64,000 nucleotides of DNA from Spirochaetota bacterium (lineage in GTDB: Bacteria; Spirochaetota; UBA6919; CBDBPB01), in assembly GCA_965208615.1 (NCBI GenBank), contig CBDBPB010000007.1, positions 96,001 through 160,000 of the forward strand. Reading direction: 5' to 3'. The stretch's first letter is position 1, and each line of letters opens with the position of its first letter. This document shows positions 49,068 through 58,070 of the stretch, piece after piece. The position numbers and the translations under genes are program-made. The notes under the pieces are model-generated. The model saw only the letters and a program-made list of their open reading frames with translations, searched no databases and had not been told where the DNA came from.

Positions 49068-50507
49068 TTAACCTAATTTAATAAAACAATTAAAAGCAAT
49101 ATTCTTCATACGAGTCTCAGACGCAGTACGAACAGTGCCATAGGTTGATGAGTAGGTTACTGCGTTGCCAAGATTGGCTTTGCCTGACCTTGTGTTAAGA
49201 TTAAAAACCCTAAAAGCCGTTCGAGATCGACGTGTTGCAGTATACCCACCCCCTGTTTGCCATCTCCAGCCAGTAAGTTCATAATCACCTTTACTATGGT
49301 TTATAACCTCATGCCTATGCCCAGGGTCATGATGCTTATGTCCTTGAAGGGCGTCGTCTTGTCTTGAGCCTAATTCTCTTCTTGAATCAGGACCAGTACT
49401 TTCCGTATTAGTAAACCTTATACCATATCCCCTTGTGTCTGGTAAACGAAACTGAGTACTATTAGAGCCAAACTTAGTACCTATTCTATCGTAAGTTTTA
49501 CGATAGGTTGACTTTGAAACAGGCTGGCCATGACATGGAACAAAGGTTGGATCAGGGTGGCTTACGTCAAAAGTCATTATAATATCACCTGGCCTAAAAG
49601 CTGACGTATCCTTGTGTAGTTTGTCAAAGGTGATAGTGTTGTCAGCTATCTTGCTTTCTGTAATGGCACTATTGTTTATCTTACTCGTTGTGATGGCATT
49701 ATTGTCTATTTTATCCGTTGTGATAGCATCACTAGCTACCTTATACGTTGTGATGGCATCATTAGCTATCTTATTCGTTGTGATGGCATCATTAGCTACC
49801 TTAGCCCTTGTGATGGCATCATTAGCTATCTTATTCGTTGTGATGGCATTATCAAGTATCTTAGGCGTTGTGATAGCACCATTAGCTATCTTATCTGTTG
49901 TGATGGAATTATTAAGGATCTTACTTGCTATAACAGTTTTGTCTGCTATCTCATAAACGCCTTTTTTTAGCGTTGACTTTTGTCTGTTGATTTCTATTTC
50001 TTTATAAGTCCCGTCTGATATGGCTATCTTCCCGCATAAAACTCCATATTCACTTTTATGCTTGTGATCATTAGTACCTTCAACAAGGTTTATTTCAGCA
50101 GCAAAACTGCTATACTCATGCTTTTTAGTAAAAGGGTCTTCTTGTATTTCAGTAGTCTTTACGTCCTCAACAGCTTTTAGGTATGCGTAATAATCCCCAT
50201 CACTTTTGCCGTCTATGCTGAACTCTTTATCTTCTTTTAAGTCAGCGTAGTTACCATTGTGATAAAATCCGTTAGGACAGCTTGTTATTTTTATTTTATC
50301 GGTACTTACGGTTTCTATTAATCCGTCATCAGTACCAAGGGGAGTGCAAAAGCCATCGGTCATATACTTTTCTACATTTTTTTTAATACGACCACTAAGC
50401 TCATCCATAGTGTTAGTCCAGTCGGTATCGAAAAACTTAATAGGCTTATCCAGCTCTCCAAGTTTTAGATATCCCATTTTTGTATCTCCCATGTTTGTAT
50501 CTCCCAT
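49068..50507 (-). CDS. Tail fibre 1: shared adaptor, decapeptide shaft, tail-collar domain and HxH tip
   Basis: PGDIIM...CHGQPVSKSTY...IGTKFG...FRLPDTRG..R, QDDALQGHKH, GHRH, ETRMKNIAFNCFIK. Confidence 0.85.
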   Translation of the reverse strand: MGDTNMGDTKMGYLKLGELDKPIKFFDTDWTNTMDELSGRIKKNVEKYMTDGFCTPLGTDDGLIETVSTDKIKITSCPNGFYHNGNYADLKEDKEFSIDGKSDGDYYAYLKAVEDVKTTEIQEDPFTKKHEYSSFAAEINLVEGTNDHKHKSEYGVLCGKIAISDGTYKEIEINRQKSTLKKGVYEIADKTVIASKILNNSITTDKIANGAITTPKILDNAITTNKIANDAITRAKVANDAITTNKIANDAITTYKVASDAITTDKIDNNAITTSKINNSAITESKIADNTITFDKLHKDTSAFRPGDIIMTFDVSHPDPTFVPCHGQPVSKSTYRKTYDRIGTKFGSNSTQFRLPDTRGYGIRFTNTESTGPDSRRELGSRQDDALQGHKHHDPGHRHEVINHSKGDYELTGWRWQTGGGYTATRRSRTAFRVFNLNTRSGKANLGNAVTYSSTYGTVRTASETRMKNIAFNCFIKLG

Positions 50508-50543
50508 TTTTGTCTCCTTACTTTTTGCTGCAGATTAAACAAT

Positions 50544-52344
50544 CTAGGACCTAATAGCCACTCCGTAAAGTTCATCTCCATTTTCTACGTCTCTTTGTAT
50601 TTCCCAGTTTTCGCCGTCAGAGGAACTAAGTATAGTCTCTTTATCCCCCACAGCTATGAACTTATTATTTGCATAGGCAACTTTGTATAACCGTTTATCA
50701 GTGAAGTTTTTGTTATTATCCTTATCTATTATTTTAGTCCAATCTTTGTCGTCATTAGATGAGCTAAGGATAGTGCCACTCTTTCCCACAGCTATGAACT
50801 TATTATTACCGTATGAAACTCCCTCTAAGTCTTTATCAGTGAAGTTTTTGTTATTATCCTTTTCATTCACTATTTTAGTCCAGCTTTCGCCGTTATTAGA
50901 TGAGCTAAGGATAGTGCCATCCGCTCCCACAGCTATGAACTTATTATTACCGTATGAAACTCCCTCTAACTGATTAGTAGTTTCACTTGTTTGTTTAGTC
51001 CAAGTTTTTTCATTATCAGAGGAGCTAAGGATAGTGCCACTCTTTCCCACAGCTATAAACTTATTATTACCGTATGCAACTCCATATAAGTACTTCTCAG
51101 TGAACTTTTTGTTATCCTTATCTAGTATTTTAGTCCATATTTTTTCATTATCAGAGGAGCTAAGGATCCTACCCCAGTCTCCCACAGCTATGAACTTATT
51201 ATTTCCATAGGCAACTTCATTTAAGTAATTAGTAGTTCCACTTGTTTGTTCAGTCCAGCTTTCGCCGTCAGAGGAGCTAAGGATAGTGCCACCCGCTCCC
51301 ACAGCTATGAACTTATTATTACCGTATGCAACTTCATGTAAGGCTTTATCAGTAAAGTTTTTGTTACCATCATCTTTATTTACTATTTTAGTCCAATCTT
51401 TGCCATCATTAGAGCCAAGGATAGAACCACTTTTTCCCACAACTATATAGTTTATTTCAGTAATAGATTCAATATAGTACTCATATCCAGGGACTCTTTT
51501 CTTTAATATAGATTTAAGCTCATCTATAGATTTAAGTTCCTTATTAGTAGACGGGTTGGGTTTAGATTTAAGTTTATATTCATGTGAATCTTTTTAGTTT
51601 TCTTTATTCCGTTTACGTTCTAATTGGTTGTACTTAAGTTTATAGTGGTCCAATATCTTTTTTATAGCCTTTTTACCTGTATAAGGCATGAGGTAAACAC
51701 CTTGATAAGGCTCAACAATATCATCAAGGGTTCTTTTAATGAGGTCTATATTTATACCAGGCATATTGAAGAAGCGTATATAAGCTCTGGACCAAGTTCT
51801 CTTATGTGAGGTAATAAAGCTAAGTTTTTCGCTTTTGTCTTCGTCACTATTTTCGCTTTTGTTTTTAAGAATTCTAATGGTAAGATCGTGTTCATCATCA
51901 ATTGAATTTATATTTAAGTTTTTACTATAAAACTCTAAAAACTTTTTAATAGCCTCTCTTGGTATACCAGGGCTATTAGCACTATTAATCATTATCTCCT
52001 TGATTTTCTCTATATGTTTTCTAAAGTCACTATCTGATTCTTCTTTAACCTCTTTATTTTTAACCTCATCCTTACGACTAACTCCGTATAACTGGCCTAT
52101 AAGGTCTAAAAACCTTTTCTCAGCAGTATTCAAAAATAGTTGTTTGGCAAGGTAGTTTATCTTTTTTAGTGAGCGATCCTTAATTAGAATATCAAATATG
52201 GTATTATGGAACTTATAGATATTCGATTTCTTAGTAAGGCTGGTTATAGTAGGGGGGACAGTTACTCCAAACGTCTTTGTCAAAAGTTATATCCACCTCT
52301 GGAGCTGTTTTCTCAGTATCATCTGAATTAGCTGGATTACTCAT
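50544..52344 (-). CDS. gpI-like baseplate wedge protein apparently fused to a beta-propeller; interrupted by a +1 indel (~52240) and an in-frame TAA (51594-51596)
   Basis: ATG at 52344 overlaps the gpJ TGA; LFLNTAEKRFLDLIGQLYGVSR..ESDSDFR; the 229-aa and 298-aa ORFs share a frame with 51 open codons between them. Confidence 0.65.
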
Positions 52345-53670
52345 CTTGGAACCTCATTAAAATCTTCAAACTTTAACTTAGGCCAACCTTTATCTTTATA
52401 ATAATCTATTATAATATTAGGCTTAGGATCAATAATCCCTTTATTAATATCAATATCCTTCCAAGGCTGACCAGTATCGCTATCATTATTAGGAATCTTT
52501 ATGGAACCAGTCTTAATATTAAAAACATTAGGAGCGTTTATAATAAAGCTTTCCATTTTTTCTTTAACAAAGACATCTCCTGGATTAAACTTATTAAAAT
52601 ATTGATCAAGTGCATCTTTAATATCTTTTTCAAGGGGTTTAGTTTTTCTATAGTATATAGTAAGTTCAATTTTAATTGGTTGTACTTCAGCAAGACTTAC
52701 AAAAGCTCTCCAGTTAGCTAATGGCTTATGCTCTTTAGCATTAATCTTATTTTCGATATCTTTAGGATTAATACTAGCATTACTAGAGTCCTTATATCCT
52801 CTTACAATAATCCCAACAGAACCTTCACCATGCATTCGTGGTACAATCTTTGCTTCTTTTACTAATTCTTGTGATTCAGCTTTAGCTTTAAACCATCCAA
52901 TAGATCCCTCTACTGAACCGCTAGCACTATGTATGATTCTTTGTCTAAAATCGTCATCGCTTTCTTTGTCTATACCTCCTCCGATAATGCTTTTATTTCT
53001 TACATAATCAAAATGTTGAACAGCGGTTGATATTTCTGTTATCATTGCCCCATTTATACTTATCCCCGCCTTTTAAGGCTATTACAGGCACTTCTACACG
53101 ATATACCTTTTTATCATCGTCATCAATGGTATTATCCTCATAAGGCTTGGTTTCTTCATTAATTTCAACATCATTTAGTGTTTTAAACTTCAAAGGCTCA
53201 TTGTTAATAGTACTTTTAGCAGCCACAATATTACCTTTCTTAAATGTATAAGTGATTTTAGGCTTAGTGGTAGCACCAACATACACCTTTCCAACGGCAT
53301 TAGTTAGGATTTTACGCTCTATACTATATCTTTGTGCATGTAGGTCAAGCCATTCGTCTTCAGCGGTCTGTACAAGCATTTGTTTTTTAAGCTCTTCAAT
53401 ACCCTTATCTAAGACTTCATACTGCATGAGGGCGAATATCTTTAACACTCTCATTATTTTACCTTGTGGTCTTAAGTTAGAGATACTTTTATCATCACTT
53501 TCATTATCAGGTTTAACAACATTATTATAAAAACGAGTAATTAAGTCCTCTAACAAGTCGTTAAACTCGGGTTCTTTTTCGATTATACTATCTAACAACA
53601 AGTTATAATCGCTTCGTGATAACTTCTTATCTTCGATAAGCTTTACTATTTCTTTTACACTTTCATTCAT
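52341..53670 (-). CDS. Baseplate J/gp47-family protein; +1 indel at ~53054
   Basis: QTAEDEWLDLHAQRYSIER, VIALKGGDKYN, GGGIDKESDDDFRQRI, PRMHGEGSVGI; two ORFs join into 442 aa. Confidence 0.85.
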
Positions 53671-54080
53671 TAATATTCCTCCAAAGCATTATTAATAATA
53701 TTGACTTTCAAAGTGCTAATGTTAATCCTGTCATCCATGCTAAGCCAATTTTCTATATTTTGTTTAAGCTCAATAGCGGTTCCTTTAGTATAAGTCCGAT
53801 TTTTAAACTTCCAAATATCATTACCCTCTTGGACGTCGATAATATCATCGAAATATTTAAGTCTAAATCCCTCTATTAAGTCCTGTTCCAGAGCCTTTTT
53901 TCCATCAGCTATCTGCCAATCGTTTGTATATTCATTCGGAGCTATCACAAAGCTCCAGTCTTCTGGAATCTTTCTACTATATTTGTCAGCCTCAGTATAG
54001 CATAGAATGTCATTATCTAGGTTATCATCAACAACGTCGAATGATAACTCAATTTTATAATCTCCAATATTAAACTCCAT
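53670..54080 (-). CDS. Putative gpW/gp25/gp46-like baseplate protein
   Basis: Lies between spike and gpJ; DW..ADG..ALEQDL and L.MDDRI motifs. Confidence 0.55.
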   Translation of the reverse strand: MEFNIGDYKIELSFDVVDDNLDNDILCYTEADKYSRKIPEDWSFVIAPNEYTNDWQIADGKKALEQDLIEGFRLKYFDDIIDVQEGNDIWKFKNRTYTKGTAIELKQNIENWLSMDDRINISTLKVNIINNALEEY

Positions 54081-54089
54081 ATAATTCTC

Positions 54090-54707
54090 CTACTCTAAAA
54101 CAACTTTTTTAGATTCAACTTCATTAGAAGTGACAAAAATAGGTTTCTCAGGGATCTTTACAGCACCATTCCCAATAAAAAAATGAGAATGACTATTAAA
54201 CTCCTTGACAATTTTATCAATAATCTTTTTAAGAGGTCCAGCAAGAACAGCCTTCTCACTGTCACCAGCAAGTTTAATCTTGTCTGCCTCTAGGACAATG
54301 TTATCCTTAGCCTTAATGTTAATATCCTTTTCTTTTGCGGTAATGGCTATTCCATCTTTTTTTGCCGTTATATTTACGGTTTTTTCAGCGAGGATAATAT
54401 ACTCCTCCACCTCTGAAAACTGTATAACAGCCCAGTCATTCTCTTCTTCAGATTCAAAATGAAGGGGTATAACGCTTACCATGGAGTCTTTTTTAGGGAT
54501 AACCAATATACCGCTTTTATTAATGGGAGTTAATTTAGCCTCTACTATCGGAGCCGATTGATCCTCTGGGTCAACATCACATACGTATATGCCTTTGTCA
54601 TCATCTTTTTTAACAGACTTAACAATTCCCCTCTTTCCACCTTTTTGATGGATTACCACATTAACTAAGTCCGTAAAAACATCTGTAAAACTACGATTAC
54701 CTGTCAT
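54090..54707 (-). CDS. Baseplate spike (gpV/gp45-like); likely start MTGNR at 54707
   Basis: OB-fold-like IPKKDSMVSV, beta-helix repeats (ITAK/IKAK), C-terminal FNSHSH (HxH metal tip). Confidence 0.75.
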   Translation of the reverse strand: MTGNRSFTDVFTDLVNVVIHQKGGKRGIVKSVKKDDDKGIYVCDVDPEDQSAPIVEAKLTPINKSGILVIPKKDSMVSVIPLHFESEEENDWAVIQFSEVEEYIILAEKTVNITAKKDGIAITAKEKDINIKAKDNIVLEADKIKLAGDSEKAVLAGPLKKIIDKIVKEFNSHSHFFIGNGAVKIPEKPIFVTSNEVESKKVVLE

Positions 54708-54744
54708 GGAATAACCTCTATTATGAAAAGCCATAGTGATTTAT

Positions 54745-54823
54745 ATAAAAGCTAATGTAGAAACCTGATAAGGCAAGTACACTTATGCTATATATGCTAT
54801 ATATGCTACCTTTCTAAAAAAGT
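54745..54823 (-). promoter_or_regulatory. 79-bp conserved intergenic element, copy 1 (upstream of the spike gene)
   Basis: Near-identical to 57883-57961; contains three tandem TAGCATA(TA/AG) 9-mers. Confidence 0.7.
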
Positions 54824-54977
54824 GATAAAAATCTATGATATTTTAAAAGGCTAATAGTCTTTTCAGCAAAATAACACTGTCTTTTTTGTACAAAAGCTAA
54901 AATGTGATAAGTTAAAACAATAGGTTAAAAGAGAGATTAACAGCAGTATAGGGTTAAAATCAAAGGCTAAAACCTCA

Positions 54978-56834
54978 TCAGCTTTCAGTTCTAATTTGTC
55001 GAGCATCTCTTCTAATTTGTTCAACATCTCTTCTAATACTTTCTTCGAGACAATTCTTAGCATCCCACCCCTCGTATGAGCCTATCCAGTTGGGGTTTTG
55101 CTTATATGCATTAATATTATGTAGATTATTAAAAAGTTGCCAACCCCATTCAATAGCTCTACCAGAATGGGGATTCATGCCATAATAAGGCTTATTTTCA
55201 CATTCATCATGAGCAGCATAATTAAAAATAGCCTTGACTAACGCTATATCTATACCGCCGGATAGTTGGAATGCAGCAGCCAATAATATAGTCTTCCTCA
55301 AATCTAAGGTTATACCTAAGGTTTCCCCACGTGTAGCCATATGCATACCAAAGAAAAAGTTTCCTAACTCTTTGACTGTCATATAATAGTTATAACAATG
55401 AACGCCGTTAAAGTGTTTACCAGAGCCTCCGCCGTATTCTTTTAAATTTTTAAAGTCATAGATTTGGTTAGTTCGAGAATTCATGATTGTTGTAACTATA
55501 TTATCACTAACTGCAGGACTAAGAAAACCGCTTATCTTATCGCTATAATCGTATATTTTTATAGTGCCTTTTGTATTACTTTCCCTATCCATAAAGGAGT
55601 CCCAAAATATAGTTTCACCTATATACATACCCGTATGATCATATACTTCATTAGAACCCTCATTCACAGCTATAACCTTACGATCCTTATCAATATAGGT
55701 GCCAGGTTTAGAGGTATCAACCTTTTTATTTTGTTCATCTTTTTTATCTTGCTCATCTTTTTTATCTTGGTCATCTTTTTTAGGCTGTGCTGGCTTTTTA
55801 TTTTGTGTTGCCTTAGTTAGGGCACTAGGTTTTTTAGGTATATAGCCGGATTTTTTACCTACTATAACCTCAGTACCTGGTTTTGGGAAATAATGGTTAA
55901 CTCCGTCTAGGGGTACGTTATAGCTATCTTCATCGAGTTTTTGATTTAGTAAGTCAGAGCCCTTTTGTTTTAGGATAACCTCGGATAATAAGTTAATTGT
56001 TGGATCTAGTCCTGTTTTAACGGATCCCACTAAACCTGATGAGCTTAGGTTTTTATATATTTTATTGGCAAGAAGAGGTAGTTCATTTTTGCTTAATCCT
56101 GGTTCAAAGTAGTTATAAGCGTTTTTACCGCTACCTTTTTTAGCAATATTGACTTTTCTTTTTTCATCTTTGCCAATGACGGATACTTCTAAATCCGATA
56201 TACCCTTATCCATCTTAAGATCGTTTGTATTGGTGGATAGGTCTATATTATTGGAACTTATAATTTGTCCCTTTTTCCCATACTTTTTAATACTAGGTTT
56301 TATAAAGCTGTACTTATTGCCGTAATAAAGTTGTTTGCCTATTAGAAACCATTCTCCAAAGGCTTTAGTGGCCAACCTATTTATTATATACCTAACTGAT
56401 CTGTTTGTAAAGGATAATACCTTATACTTATTTATCTTTTTCACATTGGAGGTAATAATACTAACGCCTTTAACCTCGGATATTATATTTTTAATAATTT
56501 CGTCATCACTCATATCCTTAAAGGTTTTGGTAATTTTGTTTTGAGCAAATTTATAACTATAGTCCTCGCATTCTATACGTATAGAGTCTTGGAGAATATT
56601 AACATCCGTAATTACTCCCTCAAAGACCTCTTCAATGTTATTGTTATGTCCAAGGGATACTATAATAGTATTTTCTTTTTCATAGGGATAGCTATCCCTT
56701 CCGCCTTTTTTAAAGAGTTCCACAACGCAGCTATTAGGACGGTTAAGCCTTGTATTTTGAACATGTAGAGATTTTATAATATCTTGTTCAACGCTGTTAT
56801 TAGCGATTTTTATTTTTGCTTTAAAGACTAACAT
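54978..56834 (-). CDS. gpD/gp27-like baseplate hub with low-complexity linker and C-terminal polymorphic-toxin-like domain
   Basis: IVSLGH...VFEGVITDV...IECED hub motif; KKDDQD/KKDEQD/KKDEQN linker; YDFK and GNFFFG motifs. Confidence 0.7.
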   Translation of the reverse strand: MLVFKAKIKIANNSVEQDIIKSLHVQNTRLNRPNSCVVELFKKGGRDSYPYEKENTIIVSLGHNNNIEEVFEGVITDVNILQDSIRIECEDYSYKFAQNKITKTFKDMSDDEIIKNIISEVKGVSIITSNVKKINKYKVLSFTNRSVRYIINRLATKAFGEWFLIGKQLYYGNKYSFIKPSIKKYGKKGQIISSNNIDLSTNTNDLKMDKGISDLEVSVIGKDEKRKVNIAKKGSGKNAYNYFEPGLSKNELPLLANKIYKNLSSSGLVGSVKTGLDPTINLLSEVILKQKGSDLLNQKLDEDSYNVPLDGVNHYFPKPGTEVIVGKKSGYIPKKPSALTKATQNKKPAQPKKDDQDKKDEQDKKDEQNKKVDTSKPGTYIDKDRKVIAVNEGSNEVYDHTGMYIGETIFWDSFMDRESNTKGTIKIYDYSDKISGFLSPAVSDNIVTTIMNSRTNQIYDFKNLKEYGGGSGKHFNGVHCYNYYMTVKELGNFFFGMHMATRGETLGITLDLRKTILLAAAFQLSGGIDIALVKAIFNYAAHDECENKPYYGMNPHSGRAIEWGWQLFNNLHNINAYKQNPNWIGSYEGWDAKNCLEESIRRDVEQIRRDARQIRTES

Positions 56835-56837
56835 TTT

Positions 56838-57842
56838 TTATATCTCTTTGTTTTTAGCAAGGGCGGGTAGTGTTATTATAATGCCCTCGATTAGTTTAAT
56901 GTAATTATTTGCTTTTCTAATTTTTTTAGCATGTCTTGTGTCATTATAATATGCGTTAGCTATGCTAAAATATGTATCGCCTTTTTTTACAACATATTCC
57001 TTGTCTTTCTTGGGGATTATTGGTATTTTAGCGGTTTTACCTGTATTACCAAGATCTTTAGCCTTTTTCATATCACCGTCTTGTATGGCCTTAAGGATTT
57101 TTTTTAATTCTGTTACCTTATTTTCTTCTAGTCCGAGTGTGTCTTTTGCAAATCCTAGAATTTCAGTAACGCCTTCAAAGCCTTTAACAGCCTTATTAAC
57201 GTATTTATTAAGTTCATCAACTTCTTCTTTGCTAGATGTTTTTCCTTGTAGGATAGAGAGTAATGGATGAGCTCCCATATCTTTATTAATTTTTAAGAAC
57301 TCTTTTTCTAAAGTATGATCTCCGAATACGTCAGCGGCTATTTTTGCAAAGTCATCGCCTTTTTTCAGTATCAGTTTTGAATATTTATTAGCTTTTTTTA
57401 TGCCGTTTATTACTTTTACAATTCCACCTATGGATTCGCTTAGGAATGAGGGAGTACTAGTCTTAGATTTATCTTCCACACACTCGATTCTCATGTCTCT
57501 TGCCGAGTCTATCCCCTCTACGGTGGATATATAATGATTTTCTATAATAACTTTTTTAATATCGTGATTTTCGGTTTCTATTGATACCATAGATAAAGAC
57601 TCTAGTTTTTTAGCCAGATCCCTTATCAATTTAATTTGTTTATTTAGGGATAGGTTATCTGTAGATATAAGACGTCCTGTAATGGTAACTTTAAAGTCGT
57701 TCCATCCTGTTTGACGTTTTACACCATTTTGAGTAGTTATTATTTTACCTCCGCCATGAACCTTAACATCGCATGGACAGGGGATGTCTACTCCACCAAG
57801 CTTAACTTTATTTTGAGGATCTATTTTATAATATTTACCCAT
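56838..57842 (-). CDS. Tail tube-initiator/gpU-X-like protein with two LysM-like domains (likely start MGKYY)
   Basis: YVVKKGDTYFSIANAYY and ILKKGDDFAKIAADVFGD; DFKVTITGRL. Confidence 0.75.
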   Translation of the reverse strand: MGKYYKIDPQNKVKLGGVDIPCPCDVKVHGGGKIITTQNGVKRQTGWNDFKVTITGRLISTDNLSLNKQIKLIRDLAKKLESLSMVSIETENHDIKKVIIENHYISTVEGIDSARDMRIECVEDKSKTSTPSFLSESIGGIVKVINGIKKANKYSKLILKKGDDFAKIAADVFGDHTLEKEFLKINKDMGAHPLLSILQGKTSSKEEVDELNKYVNKAVKGFEGVTEILGFAKDTLGLEENKVTELKKILKAIQDGDMKKAKDLGNTGKTAKIPIIPKKDKEYVVKKGDTYFSIANAYYNDTRHAKKIRKANNYIKLIEGIIITLPALAKNKEI

Positions 57843-57882
57843 GGTGTTTTTCCTTTTATTTTGCAGGATTTGATGATAATAC

Positions 57883-57961
57883 ATAAAAGCTAATGTAGAA
57901 AATTGATAAGACAAGCACACTTATGCTATATATGCTATATATGCTACCTTTCAGAAAAAGT
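57883..57961 (-). promoter_or_regulatory. 79-bp conserved intergenic element, copy 2 (upstream of the LysM gene)
   Basis: Near-identical to 54745-54823. Confidence 0.7.
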
Positions 57962-58054
57962 ACGAGTTTTTTTTTTAAGAAGATAATCTTCAAAATGACA
58001 AAATTTATCATTTTCGATTTTATAGTCTAAATGCGGTTCAGTTGATATATTGTA

Positions 58055-58070
58055 GGGGGGGGGGGGAGGG
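58055..58070. repeat. G12AGGG homopolymeric tract
   Basis: GGGGGGGGGGGGAGGG immediately after the stop of 58071..58949. Confidence 0.85.

Noticed and set aside
43527-51440. Diversity-generating retroelement or invertase shufflon acting on the fibres
   Set aside because: No reverse transcriptase, no adenine-specific TR/VR pair, no recombinase and no inverted cassettes in the window.
54775-54810. Sigma54 promoter within the 79-bp element
   Set aside because: The GG at -24 is missing (TAGCAT), spacing to TTGC is wrong, and the second copy lacks TTGC.
54863-55063. 66-aa ORF as immunity protein for the hub toxin
   Set aside because: It overlaps the hub 3' end, arises from a 21-bp repeat and has no clear RBS. 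It could be an alternative frameshifted tail of the hub but is unsupported as a gene.
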